Positions 36,652 to 46,037 of a stretch of 48,065 nt of DNA are shown one piece after another (position 1 is the first letter of the stretch; each line of letters begins with the position of its first letter). Origin of the DNA: Planctomycetota bacterium (GTDB lineage Bacteria; Planctomycetota; Planctomycetia; Pirellulales; Lacipirellulaceae); contig JBCCXZ010000026.1 of NCBI GenBank assembly GCA_039190745.1, positions 1 to 48,065 on the forward strand, in the 5' to 3' direction. The notes beneath the pieces were generated by a model that worked only from the letters and a program-made list of their open reading frames with translations, did no database searches and was not told the DNA's origin. Position numbers and translations under genes: made by a program.

Positions 36652-37989
36652 TCATTCTACGCCGATTAGAGTCTGTAGTTGCTCGATCAGCTCCGACGCA
36701 TCTTCCGAGAGCACGCAGGTGTGGCTTACGCCTTCGGAGAGGTCTTTTACCTGGCAGTTGCCGGCGGCGAATTCGTCGGCCCCGATGATTACCGCCGCTC
36801 GGAAGCCGCGCCTGTCGGCGTACTGGAGCTGCTTGCCGAGTTTCTTGGCTTCGGGGTACACCTCTACACGTAGCCCCGACCGCCGCAGCTTGGCCGCGAT
36901 CGATAGGTAGTCGTTCGTGTGGTCTTTATCGAACAGCGGCACGAACACGTCGGCCGATGGCGGTGTGCACGGTGAAAGATTGAGTTGGCGCAGGGCTTCC
37001 AAGAGCCGGTCGAGTCCCAGCGACGCACCGACACCGGGCAGTTCTTGCTTGGTGAAGAGTTCCGCGAGGTTGTCGTAGCGTCCGCCGCTAGCGACGCTGC
37101 CGATTGCGGGGAGTTGGTCGAGCGTGGTCTCGATGACCGTTCCCGTGTAGTAGTCCAGGCCCCGGGCGATGGAGACATCGAGCTTCAGGTTCTCCGCGGG
37201 GACGCCGCTCGCTCGGCAGGCGGCTAGCAGTTCCTGGAGCTGTGCGACGCCCTGTTCGCCAATTTCACTGCCTTCCACGAGCCGGCGGATCTGATCGAGC
37301 ACAACGTCGTCGTCTCCCTGGACAGAAGACAGTGCCAGGAGTTTTTCGGTCTGAGAGCGATCGGCACCGGCCGTTCTCAATAGTTCGTCGGCAACTTTTT
37401 GCGGTCCAATCTTGCCCAGTTTGTCGAGTGCACGGAGGACCGCGGCGCTTTGCTCGGCTAAGCCGAGGTTTTCGAGCACCCCGTTGAGCACCATGCGGTT
37501 GTTCACGCTGATGGTGAACTGCTGGATGCCGATGGCCCGTAGCAGGTCGTTGACGACGAGCACCATCTCGGCGTCGGCGACCGGGCTCTTGGTGCCGATG
37601 GTGTCGAAGTCGCACTGCATGAACTCGCGGTACCGGCCGGCCTGGGTGTTCTCGCCGCGCCAGACCGTCGCGATGTGGTACCGCTTGAACGGGGTGCCCA
37701 GCGTTTGGATGTGCTGCGCCGCGAACCTCGCCAGTGGCACGGTCAGGTCGAACCGCATGCCGACGGTCCGCCCGCCCGCGTCCTCGAAGCGGTACATCTG
37801 CTTGTCGGTTTCGTCGCTGCCCTTGCCGGTGAGAACCTCGAGGTGTTCGAGCGCGGGAGTATCGATTGGAGAGAAACCGTACGACCGGTATGTACGCTTC
37901 GCGGTCTCGATGAGCGCTTCGCGGGCGGCCATCGCTTCGGGGAGGTAGTCGCGGAAGCCCTTCAGCGTCCTAGGGGTAATCTGCGCCAT
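36652..37989 (-). CDS. hisS: Histidine--tRNA ligase
   Basis: KGFRDYLP, RFDLTVPLAR, WRGE..QAGRYREFMQCDFD, ARGLDYYTG, GGRYD, anticodon domain KQLQYAD. Confidence 0.97.
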   Translation of the reverse strand: MAQITPRTLKGFRDYLPEAMAAREALIETAKRTYRSYGFSPIDTPALEHLEVLTGKGSDETDKQMYRFEDAGGRTVGMRFDLTVPLARFAAQHIQTLGTPFKRYHIATVWRGENTQAGRYREFMQCDFDTIGTKSPVADAEMVLVVNDLLRAIGIQQFTISVNNRMVLNGVLENLGLAEQSAAVLRALDKLGKIGPQKVADELLRTAGADRSQTEKLLALSSVQGDDDVVLDQIRRLVEGSEIGEQGVAQLQELLAACRASGVPAENLKLDVSIARGLDYYTGTVIETTLDQLPAIGSVASGGRYDNLAELFTKQELPGVGASLGLDRLLEALRQLNLSPCTPPSADVFVPLFDKDHTNDYLSIAAKLRRSGLRVEVYPEAKKLGKQLQYADRRGFRAAVIIGADEFAAGNCQVKDLSEGVSHTCVLSEDASELIEQLQTLIGVE

Positions 37990-38056
37990 GGCGGTGCGAT
38001 ATGGGCGTTTGGCCGAGGGGCTTGTAAACAGCGCGGCCGCGGGCCGGCTGCGCGAC

Positions 38057-38500
38057 TTAGGTGAGCACCGGCAAGACTTCGGGCTTACGGCTGCGGATCG
38101 AACCGATCTGCTTCTGGTAGACCGCTTCGGTGTACTCCCAGACTTGTTCGGGCGTCTCTAGGTAGAACTCGTAGGTCCATTCGTCGTCGTACTCGCAGTT
38201 GTCGGTGGTGTAGTCGCGACAGATCTGCGGGCGGGTCTCGTAGATGCCGCAGCGGTTGTCCGGCAGGAGGTGCTTGCAGGTGGTGTGCACGAGCAGGTAC
38301 CAGTCGTCGTCTTCCTTGAAGACGCTCGCCCGGTCGTGCAGGAGGAACCAGCGGATGTACTCGAGCTCCTCGAAAGACTCGGGGGTTTCGATCGGCATCG
38401 CGAAGTAACGGCAGCACTTCGCGGTGCAGTGCTCGCAGAGGTTGCCCCCGGGGGGGAGGTCTTCGCGCCGAATCTTCTGGGAACCGAAAGGAGTCGACAT
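38057..38500 (-). CDS. YkgJ family cysteine-cluster (CxxCxxCC) protein
   Basis: CEHCTAKCC ... CKHL...NRCGIYETRPQICRDY. Confidence 0.9.
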   Translation of the reverse strand: MSTPFGSQKIRREDLPPGGNLCEHCTAKCCRYFAMPIETPESFEELEYIRWFLLHDRASVFKEDDDWYLLVHTTCKHLLPDNRCGIYETRPQICRDYTTDNCEYDDEWTYEFYLETPEQVWEYTEAVYQKQIGSIRSRKPEVLPVLT

Positions 38501-38620
38501 GTCGATAACCTAACGTCTGCTGGGACCACTCGGTGCTCGGTGGGGCCGGCTGAGGGCCGCCCGACGAGACACTAATTTAGCAAGCCGGGTTCGGGAACTG
38601 AATGACCCGAACTGCGGGTA

Positions 38621-39181
38621 TCAGGCGTGCGGGCCCGCCTTGTGCATCATCCTCAGCACGCTCTCTTCGTCGGTGGCTTGCATCAGCTCTGTCCTGGTGA
38701 ACCAGCGGACATCGTGCGATTCTTCGCTGCAGAGCAGTACTTCGTGGCCACGGGCTTGGAGCAGGTAGCGGAAGTCGTGGTGGTCGTGGGCCGATTCTAT
38801 TTCCAGCCCGGCGGGGTTGTGCCGGGCCGGGATGCGGTGGACGTCGAGGTCGAGCGGCTCGTCGGATAAGAAGGCTAGGTCTCGCAACCCGGTCTCTTCT
38901 TCGACCTCTCGCCTGGCGACCGACCCGGGGTCGGTTTGCCCGTCGCAATGGCCGCCGGGCTGGAGCCATCGCCCCAGTTTGACGTGATGGACCAGCAGGC
39001 ACCGCGACCCGTCCGGGGAGAGGACCCAGGCGGAGGCCGTGACGTGCCCCGGGCGGCAGCTCCGGTCGAAGCAGTTGGCGTGGCCGGAGACCAGGCTTTC
39101 GATTTCATCGACGACCGGCGCTTCGAGTGGGTATCGTTCGCGATACCGACGAAGCACTTCTTGCAGGTCCGACCGGCTCAT
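38621..39181 (-). CDS. NUDIX hydrolase
   Basis: GHVTASAW, H.KLGRWLQPGGHCDG, REVEEETGL Nudix box, H.HHDFRYL. Confidence 0.92.
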   Translation of the reverse strand: MSRSDLQEVLRRYRERYPLEAPVVDEIESLVSGHANCFDRSCRPGHVTASAWVLSPDGSRCLLVHHVKLGRWLQPGGHCDGQTDPGSVARREVEEETGLRDLAFLSDEPLDLDVHRIPARHNPAGLEIESAHDHHDFRYLLQARGHEVLLCSEESHDVRWFTRTELMQATDEESVLRMMHKAGPHA

Positions 39182-39954
39182 TGAGGTGTGTTTCTTTCGT
39201 TGTTGAAAGGGATTGCGCTGGGTTGGGGCCACTGGCCTTTGAAGTTCCAGTCCTTGTTGACGTACTTGGTCTTGGCGAGCGCTTCTGCCTCTGGGATTGG
39301 CGGATCGAGAAGCGGCTCATTGGCAGACCACTCCGAGATGAGGGCCTTTCGCAGTTCGGCCCGGCTTAGGTGCAGGTTGGTGACGAAGCCTTCGTGCCCC
39401 CGGTCGCCTCGGTAGTCGGGGGTCCGCACCGGATCGCTCAGCAAACGCGAGACCCTGGCGAGGTCGAAGTTGTAGAGGAGCGAACCGTGGTAAAGGAAGC
39501 GGTTAGCCCTCATCCGGAGGGCGTTGCCCGAGAACTTCATGCGGGCTCCATCGATAGACAGAGTCAGGTCACTCGTGCCCGAACGTATCACAGATGGGGC
39601 CGCTGGTTGCAGGGAGTGTACCATTCGTCCGAGTACGTAGCTGTGGGCGGCATCAATGCCGCGTGATCGTCCCAGGGTTTCTTGCGGTAAAACCAACGAG
39701 TACATCAGGCAACCAGGGCCCGCCAGCACAACTCCCCCGCCGGAGGCCCGGCGGAGGATTGGCACCCCTTCCGTTTGGCACCGCTCGGCGTGGACTTCAC
39801 GGATACGCGACGACCGACCGAGCACGACAAAGTAGTCGTCGAACTCCCACAGCCGCAGCACAGGCACAGCCGGCGCCGACTCGCGATCGAGCAGGGCCTC
39901 TTCGAGCGCTAGATTGGCACCGGGCGTCGGCAGCGTGAGGTCTAACAGCAGCAC
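39178..39954 (-). CDS. Lipoate--protein ligase family (catalytic domain only)
   Basis: NLALEEALL, LRLWE, RRASGGG.V, KFSGNA, HGSLL; start placed at GTG 39954; stop overlaps the NUDIX ATG. Confidence 0.88.
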   Translation of the reverse strand: MLLLDLTLPTPGANLALEEALLDRESAPAVPVLRLWEFDDYFVVLGRSSRIREVHAERCQTEGVPILRRASGGGVVLAGPGCLMYSLVLPQETLGRSRGIDAAHSYVLGRMVHSLQPAAPSVIRSGTSDLTLSIDGARMKFSGNALRMRANRFLYHGSLLYNFDLARVSRLLSDPVRTPDYRGDRGHEGFVTNLHLSRAELRKALISEWSANEPLLDPPIPEAEALAKTKYVNKDWNFKGQWPQPSAIPFNNERNTPQ

Positions 39955-40115
39955 GAGGATGCTTACGGGTTGGTCAGAAGTGTTTTTGCTTGGCGTGACT
40001 TCCGGGTGGGCCGGCTGGCATCTAACCTGATAGATGGAGGGCACGCCTCGCAAGGGGAGAGCGTAGCCGAGTCTGGCGGATCAGACTGCAATACCCGGGA
40101 CAGAGAGCTTAACTG

Positions 40116-41165
40116 ATGGATTCCACCACACCCGACAGCGGTCACCCCAGCGGCCAGCAGGTTGCGGCCGACGACATGTTGCCGCCGGTCGAGGCGCCGG
40201 ACGGTCGGTTCTTGCTGCAGTTGTTTGTGGTTCCCGCTGTGATTGTGTTCTGCGTGGTGATGCTGTGGCTGCTCGTGACAACCCTCGCCACCCGCGGGCA
40301 GGCCGACCCGGCTGAGATTGTGGGCGCCTTGCGGGGTTCGAATCAGGCGCGGTGGCAGAAGGCCGAGCAGCTTGCGAGCATGCTCCGGGCGCCGCAACGG
40401 TACCCCGACCTGAAGACGAACGCCGCGCTCGCCTCGCAGCTCGCCGTTTTGCTTGAAGAAGAGATCGAGGCAGCCGGGGAGAACGACAACGCTATTGAGC
40501 TGCGCTACTATCTGTGCCGGGTCCTGGGGGAATTCCGGGTCGACGACGGGCTGCCCGTGCTGTTGCGGGCCGCACGCGAGGACGTGGAAGTTGATGTCCG
40601 CCGCGAGGCGGTCAACGCGATCGCTGTGTTGGCTCAGTCGTTTGCCGAGATGGACCCGCCGCAGGTGCTTACCGCCGATTCGTTTGTCGAGACCTTTCAG
40701 GAGTTGGCGAACGACCAAGACGACCTGATCCGGTCGCAGACGGCATACGCGCTCGGCGTTCTGACGCAGCACGAAGAGGCCGACTCGGAACTGAAGAATG
40801 AGCTCACGGTCCTGCTCTCGGATCTCCACCCCGACACGCGATACAACGCAGCTCTGGCCTTCGCTAGGAGCGGAGACGTGCGGGCCTCGGGGGCACTCTC
40901 AGAGATGCTTGATCCCGAGGGCTTGGCGCTAACGCTCAAGTCCGAAGAGCTGGAATCTGCGAGGTCGCTCAAGCGAGACATGGTCTTGCAGAACGCGATC
41001 CTCGGCGCGAAAAGCCTGTTCGACCAGAACCCTCCCGAAGCGGTTGCCGACCTCCGCGGCTCTCTGGAGGCGTTTGTGCAAGCCGCCCCAGGGTGGACGG
41101 AGCCCTCACCGGTGCCAGACGGGCTGATCGACCTGGCGGAGCGTATCCTGGCGGGGCAACCATGA
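40116..41165 (+). CDS. Membrane-anchored HEAT repeat protein
   Basis: One N-terminal TM (FLLQLFVVPAVIVFCVVMLWLLV); repeats VRREAVNAI, IRSQTAYALG, TRYNAALAFA. Confidence 0.85.
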   Translation: MDSTTPDSGHPSGQQVAADDMLPPVEAPDGRFLLQLFVVPAVIVFCVVMLWLLVTTLATRGQADPAEIVGALRGSNQARWQKAEQLASMLRAPQRYPDLKTNAALASQLAVLLEEEIEAAGENDNAIELRYYLCRVLGEFRVDDGLPVLLRAAREDVEVDVRREAVNAIAVLAQSFAEMDPPQVLTADSFVETFQELANDQDDLIRSQTAYALGVLTQHEEADSELKNELTVLLSDLHPDTRYNAALAFARSGDVRASGALSEMLDPEGLALTLKSEELESARSLKRDMVLQNAILGAKSLFDQNPPEAVADLRGSLEAFVQAAPGWTEPSPVPDGLIDLAERILAGQP

Positions 41166-41274
41166 CGGTGTGCGGCCGGTAGGCCTTCCCGTAGACTGAT
41201 GCGGCTCGAATTTTTTTCTGTGCCGACGTGGCTCTCGTTGAAGCATTTTTCTTTGATCGCGAGGAGGCAAATTG

Positions 41275-41832
41275 ATGAAAACGAAGCAATTTCTAGTGGT
41301 CTTGACCGTTGTTGTGTTGGGGGCGGGCACGCCCCAGTGCTCGGCTCAAGGACTGCCCCAGCCCACGCCTGAGCACAAGGCAATGGCCCGAGAAGCGGGG
41401 AACTGGAAGGCCGTGAGCAAACTCTGGCTCACCCCGGAAACAGAGCCGATGATCAGCGAAGCCTCGGAGTCGAACACGCTGCTCGGCGAGTTGTGGCTAC
41501 TGAGCGAGTACGAGGGCAACGTGATGGGAATGCCTTTCAAGGGCATGGGCACGATGGGTTACGACCCAGTCAAGAAGAAGTATGTCGGAACTTGGGTCGA
41601 TACGATCAACCCGCACCTCCAAACGATGGAGGGTGAGTACGACGTCGCCACCCACACGCTTACGATGTACTCCACGGGCCGCGACGTAATGACGAGCGAG
41701 GAGAAGACTTCGAAACTGGTGTCCCGTTACCTTGACGACAACTCGAAAGTTTTTGAGATGCATGCACTCGTGCCCGGCAAGACGGACGAGTACTGGAAGC
41801 AGATGGAAGTCACATACAAGCGCGCGGATTGA
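41275..41832 (+). CDS. DUF1579 family exported protein
   Basis: Signal peptide; P.PEHK......GNW; F.G.G..GYD..KKKYVGTWVD pattern; AGGAGG RBS. Confidence 0.85.
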   Translation: MKTKQFLVVLTVVVLGAGTPQCSAQGLPQPTPEHKAMAREAGNWKAVSKLWLTPETEPMISEASESNTLLGELWLLSEYEGNVMGMPFKGMGTMGYDPVKKKYVGTWVDTINPHLQTMEGEYDVATHTLTMYSTGRDVMTSEEKTSKLVSRYLDDNSKVFEMHALVPGKTDEYWKQMEVTYKRAD

Positions 41833-41865
41833 CGGTGCCGACGGCCGGAATGACTTCTCCACCTG

Positions 41866-41890
41866 GCCCTCCTCACGGAGGGCTCTTTTT
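41866..41890 (+). terminator. Intrinsic terminator
   Basis: GCCCTCC-TCAC-GGAGGGC followed by TCTTTTT, about 35 nt after the stop. Confidence 0.8.
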
Positions 41891-42219
41891 GTGCGCACGG
41901 AGCGGTCCGCCGTGACATGGTGGTGAGTTTGACGGCTGTAACGATTGCGAGACGGCCCCGGCGTCGAATACCGCCTAGAGCCTTTACGCACTACTTGCTT
42001 GCCGCTCGTCGCTCACTTCAACTGGATGCCTGCCAGCAGGGATATTCGCCTACTCACGGTCGTGGATCGGGGGGTTGTGCCGGTGATAGCACAGGTTTTT
42101 GGCGAAGCTGATTTGCTCCGCGTCGGATCGTTCGCAACACTTGCATACGGGGAGAGTCAATCGCTGGCGATAGACCGGCGAGAGACATGAACAACACACA
42201 GCGGGCATGGGGTTGAAGT

Positions 42220-43383
42220 ATGGGTGCGTATCACCTGAAGAAGTTTCTTGTTCTTGCTAGCGCGTTGGCCGCCGCATCGGCGCCGGAGTTGGGTCGCGCT
42301 CAGTGCGACGCGTGTTGCGAGTACGTGCTGAAGTGCCAGACCGTTTACGAGGAGCGCCAGGCTACCGCGTACCGGATGGTGCAAGAGACGGTCTACGAAG
42401 ACCGTACCGTAACCAGGCGCGTGCCGGTGTGGGAGACTCAACAGCGGGAGCGGCGCTACAGCGTGTCGCGTCCGGTGTACGAGACGAGCGTCCGTGAGGA
42501 ACGCTACACCGTGCAAAGGCCGGTGTGGGAAACCCAGATGCGCGACGGCAGCTATAACCGGGTTCGGAACGTTGTCGAGACGAGTCAGCGCGAGGAACGC
42601 TACACCGTTCAGCGGCCGGTATTCGAAACTAGCGAGCGCGAAGAAGCCTACACGGTGATGCGTCCTGTAATCGAGACGGTCGAGCAGGAGCGTCGCTATA
42701 CGGTGATGCGTCCGGTGACGAGCTACCGCACGCAGTACGCTGACGCTGGGGGCTGCTACGTGAATCAGGTCTCCTACGTCCAGCAACCGTCTCGGGGCGC
42801 CGTGCGTTGGGTGCCTGGTTCGCAGATGGTCAACCCGCTCACCGGCGCAGTGCAAGTGCAGAGGCCCGGCCTGGTCTGGGCTTCGACGCAACCGGCTCCG
42901 ACGCCTGTGGTGAACCAGGTCTACCGGCCGAACATCGTGGCTCAGCAGGTGCCGGTTACTCAGTACTGCCCACAGGAAGTTGTGCAGAAGGTGCCCGTCC
43001 AGGTCACCCGGATGGTCCCCCAGCAGTGCGTCCGCAAGGTGCCCGTCAGGACCTGCCGGATGGTGACCGAAGAGCGTGTCCGCATGGTCCCGGTGCAGAC
43101 GTGCCGGAAGGTCGTCGAGCGGGTCGAACGCCAAGTGCCTGTTCGTGTTTGCCGGATGGTCACGGAAGAGAAGGTCCGCAAGGTCCCCGTACAGACCTGC
43201 CGGATGGTGACCGAAGAGCGTGTGGAGCCCTACCAGGTGCGTGTTTGCCGGATGGTGGAGCAGCAAGACACGGTGCGGGTGCCGGTGACGACCTGTCGTA
43301 AAGTTCCGGTGACCTACACGTACCGCGTTCCACGCACCGTTACGATGCGTGTGCCGGTTTCGTCCTGTGGCTGCGGTGCGTGA
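42220..43383 (+). CDS. Secreted YTV/VPV-repeat Cys-Pro-Val-rich structural protein (planctomycete envelope type)
   Basis: Signal peptide; 16-aa repeats RYTVQRPVWETxxREE in the N-half and VPVxTCRMVTEExVRK in the C-half; Cys clusters at both ends. Confidence 0.85.
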   Translation: MGAYHLKKFLVLASALAAASAPELGRAQCDACCEYVLKCQTVYEERQATAYRMVQETVYEDRTVTRRVPVWETQQRERRYSVSRPVYETSVREERYTVQRPVWETQMRDGSYNRVRNVVETSQREERYTVQRPVFETSEREEAYTVMRPVIETVEQERRYTVMRPVTSYRTQYADAGGCYVNQVSYVQQPSRGAVRWVPGSQMVNPLTGAVQVQRPGLVWASTQPAPTPVVNQVYRPNIVAQQVPVTQYCPQEVVQKVPVQVTRMVPQQCVRKVPVRTCRMVTEERVRMVPVQTCRKVVERVERQVPVRVCRMVTEEKVRKVPVQTCRMVTEERVEPYQVRVCRMVEQQDTVRVPVTTCRKVPVTYTYRVPRTVTMRVPVSSCGCGA

Positions 43384-43390
43384 GTCTGGC

Positions 43391-43458
43391 GATTCCGACA
43401 GGAATCCCACGGCTATTGTTGCCTCGCGAATGCCGAGGCTCGGCGTGCTTTTCGCGAG
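43391..43458 (+). other. 3' hairpins downstream of the repeat-protein gene
   Basis: GATTCC-GACA-GGAATC (43391-43406); CTCGCGAA...TTCGCGAG (43423-43458) enclosing GCCGAG/CTCGGC; no clear U-tract. Confidence 0.4.
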
Positions 43459-43572
43459 CTGGTCGGCAGGTTGTTGACGCTCTTGCTAGGTTCCTGACAG
43501 ACTGTGGCCGTGGCACCGGGCATATCTTCGGGAGCGGACTGGTTTAGCAAACCGGCAAGAGAACAGCATCGG

Positions 43573-44517
43573 ATGGAGGCAACCAACTCAGAGCCGGCGA
43601 CGCTTGGTCAGGCCTATACGCCCGCGATGCTCGCCGAATGTGTTCAGGCGCCCGTGGCTGCAATCCGCCACTGGCACCGACGCGGGCGGCTCATTGCCGA
43701 GTACACCGTTGCGGGCCTCGCTTACTTCGGTTTCGAGGAGGCGTTAGTGGCTCGCCGCTTGACTTCTCTGCTCAAGGCGGGCTGCAGCTTACGGCAGATC
43801 GATCAACGGGTCTCCCGATTGGAAAGAGCGTGCGCGGGATCCCAGCGTGTATTGAGCTTGCCAGCGGTAGTCGTCGTTGGCAGCGATTTCGTGCTGCGCA
43901 CCGACGAGGGCCTCATCGAGCCAGGCGGGCAGAGGCTGATGTGGGATGTTCCCAACGCCGATTCCGATGAGACGCTGCTGCGACTCCACGACGGTGACCA
44001 CGACGACCAGAGGGAGCAGCTCGAATGGGAGCTTGTCGACGAAGTGGATTCGGAGGCTGTTCGGTTGGAGCGAGAGGGCCGGCTCGACGATGCCGCCGAG
44101 GCCTACCGAGCTGCGATCAGGGAGCTGCATGAAACAGTATCGAGCCAGTCGATCGCGGCTCTGAACGTTTCGCTGGCCGCTGTGTTGCTACGTGCCGGTG
44201 AATCCGGGGCGGCCCGCGAACGCTACTTCTGCGCTGTTGAAGCTGACCCGGAGTCTCTTGAGGCTCATGTCGGGCTGGGCAGCGTGTTTGCCGCGACTCG
44301 GTTTCCTGGGTTGGCAGTAGTCGCTTTCCAGAAAGCATTGGATCTCCACCCCGAGTACCCGGACGCGCATTTCCACATGGCCGGCGCTCTGGACCAACTA
44401 GGCGAGACGGAGCCGGCTGATCAGCATTGGCGGGCGTTTGTGAGGCTGGCGCCGGACTCACCGTGGGCTCAGACCGCTCGCACGCGGCTTTCTTCGTTCC
44501 GGTCCGAAGCCCGGTAG
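43573..44517 (+). CDS. MerR-like HTH plus tetratricopeptide repeat protein
   Basis: YTPAMLAE......AIRHWHRRGRL...YFGF...L..LLKAG.SL; TPRs AVEADPESLEAHVGLG and ALDLHPEYPDAHFHMA. Confidence 0.8.
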   Translation: MEATNSEPATLGQAYTPAMLAECVQAPVAAIRHWHRRGRLIAEYTVAGLAYFGFEEALVARRLTSLLKAGCSLRQIDQRVSRLERACAGSQRVLSLPAVVVVGSDFVLRTDEGLIEPGGQRLMWDVPNADSDETLLRLHDGDHDDQREQLEWELVDEVDSEAVRLEREGRLDDAAEAYRAAIRELHETVSSQSIAALNVSLAAVLLRAGESGAARERYFCAVEADPESLEAHVGLGSVFAATRFPGLAVVAFQKALDLHPEYPDAHFHMAGALDQLGETEPADQHWRAFVRLAPDSPWAQTARTRLSSFRSEAR

Positions 44518-44642
44518 GTCGTTGTACGCCTTGGCTTTGCGATTGTTGGGCTGAGTTTCCAAGGGGATAGCCTTGGCTTATCCTAGGAGAGTTAAGCGTG
44601 GGCCCATTGCTGCCGTAGCCGCGATCCATCCAGGGAACCGGG

Positions 44643-46022
44643 ATGCCTGAGATTCTCTTCCACTACGAACGGGTCAACCCGTCGAGTTGGGCGTATCTTT
44701 CGTCGTTCCTAATGCTCGCTCTGTTCTTCAAGTTCTCCCGCATCTGGAGCGTGCGGAACCTCGACCTTCTGCTGCTGATCTCGTTGGCGCCAGGTCTGCT
44801 GTTGGTGCACTTCAGCCGTATCGATCCTTCGGCGATGTCCGACCCCGTGGGTATCGAGCACCTGGGTTTCTTGTGGCTGTTCGGCTCTTGTGCGTTGCTG
44901 CTGACCCGGCTGCTGATCGATTCGGCCATGGTGCGGCGGCCGCTGCTGGAGCCTAACCTCAACGCGGCAGGATTGCTCTTCCTCAGCAGTGCGCTCATGT
45001 TTTTTTTGATGGCGAACGTCGTCACCGGCGAGCCGACGGAGGCGGGGATGCGCCCAGCCCGGCCGGCGAACGAATTGCGAGAGGAGACAACCGAAGGGGG
45101 CCAAGCCAGCACGTTCGCGACCGATGGCCCGGGCTACTGGCTGGTTTACCTGCTGCCCCGCATTTCGACTCAGACGGTCCTCGAAGCCGGTGCCGATGAG
45201 CCCGCCGACTCGGCGGCAGCCGCGGGCGACGACCGCCGGAGGCGTATCCGCGAGATCACATCGCGGCTTGTTTCGATCCTCTCGCATTCGATGATCGTTC
45301 TCGGGGTCATCGCCATTGGCTACTACCATTTCCAGAATTTTGTTGCCGGCGTGGCCGCGGCAACGATGTACCTGATGCTGCCCTACACGGCGCTCTGGAC
45401 CGGCGACCCGACGCACGCGCTCCCTTCGGCGCTGCTCGTGGCGGCGGTGCTGCTCTACCGCAGGCCTGTGCTTGCCGGGATGATGATCGGTCTCGCCTCG
45501 GGCACGTCGTACTACCCCGTGTTCCTGCTGCCGCTGTGGTGCAGCTACTACTGGGACCGCGGCGTGAAGCGCTTCGCCACCGGAGTGCTCATCATGCTGG
45601 GCGTGCTGGTCGCGTCGATGGCTGTCACGGGCACGACGTGGGAGGTCGTGCAGGAGCGCTTCCAGGCGATGTTTGGGCTCCACGTCCCCAAGTTTGCCGA
45701 CATGGAGGGCGTTTGGTCGCGTTGGAGCCCGTACTACCGGTACCCTATCCTGGCGGCTTTTGTCGTGCTTGCTCTGAGCTTTGTCTTCTGGCCGGTCAAG
45801 AAGAATCTCGCGACACTCATCTCGTGCACCGGGGCCGTCATGGTGGCCGCTCAGTTCTGGCACGCGCACAGCGGGGGTCTCTACGTGGCTTGGTACCTGC
45901 CGCTGTTGTTGCTGACGATCTACCGTCCAAACCTCGAAGACCGCGACGCCGTGCGGATGGTGTCCCAAGGGTGGACGGCAAAGCGTAAGCGGCCGGTCGT
46001 CGAGAGCCGACAAGCTGGATGA
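44643..46022 (+). CDS. Polytopic membrane protein, GT-C/glycosyltransferase-87-like
   Basis: Ten or more TM segments; YLMLPYT, G...GLA.G..YYP.FLLP.W, Y..WYLPLLL patterns resemble lipid-linked-sugar glycosyltransferases. Confidence 0.6.
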   Translation: MPEILFHYERVNPSSWAYLSSFLMLALFFKFSRIWSVRNLDLLLLISLAPGLLLVHFSRIDPSAMSDPVGIEHLGFLWLFGSCALLLTRLLIDSAMVRRPLLEPNLNAAGLLFLSSALMFFLMANVVTGEPTEAGMRPARPANELREETTEGGQASTFATDGPGYWLVYLLPRISTQTVLEAGADEPADSAAAAGDDRRRRIREITSRLVSILSHSMIVLGVIAIGYYHFQNFVAGVAAATMYLMLPYTALWTGDPTHALPSALLVAAVLLYRRPVLAGMMIGLASGTSYYPVFLLPLWCSYYWDRGVKRFATGVLIMLGVLVASMAVTGTTWEVVQERFQAMFGLHVPKFADMEGVWSRWSPYYRYPILAAFVVLALSFVFWPVKKNLATLISCTGAVMVAAQFWHAHSGGLYVAWYLPLLLLTIYRPNLEDRDAVRMVSQGWTAKRKRPVVESRQAG

Positions 46023-46037
46023 ACAGCAGAGCGGCTG

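Noticed and set aside
42098..42118. TGGC...TTGC upstream of the repeat protein as a sigma-54 promoter
   Set aside because: Spacing is GG-N12-GC rather than the required N10
42400..43330. 48-bp periodic DNA repeats that might suggest a CRISPR array or VNTR
   Set aside because: The repeats are degenerate at synonymous positions, in frame, and lack unique spacers; no cas genes are present
42157..43410. 417-aa His-rich antisense ORF covering the repeat protein
   Set aside because: It mirrors the Val/Arg-rich sense codons (GTG read as CAC); the sense frame has the signal peptide and coherent repeats
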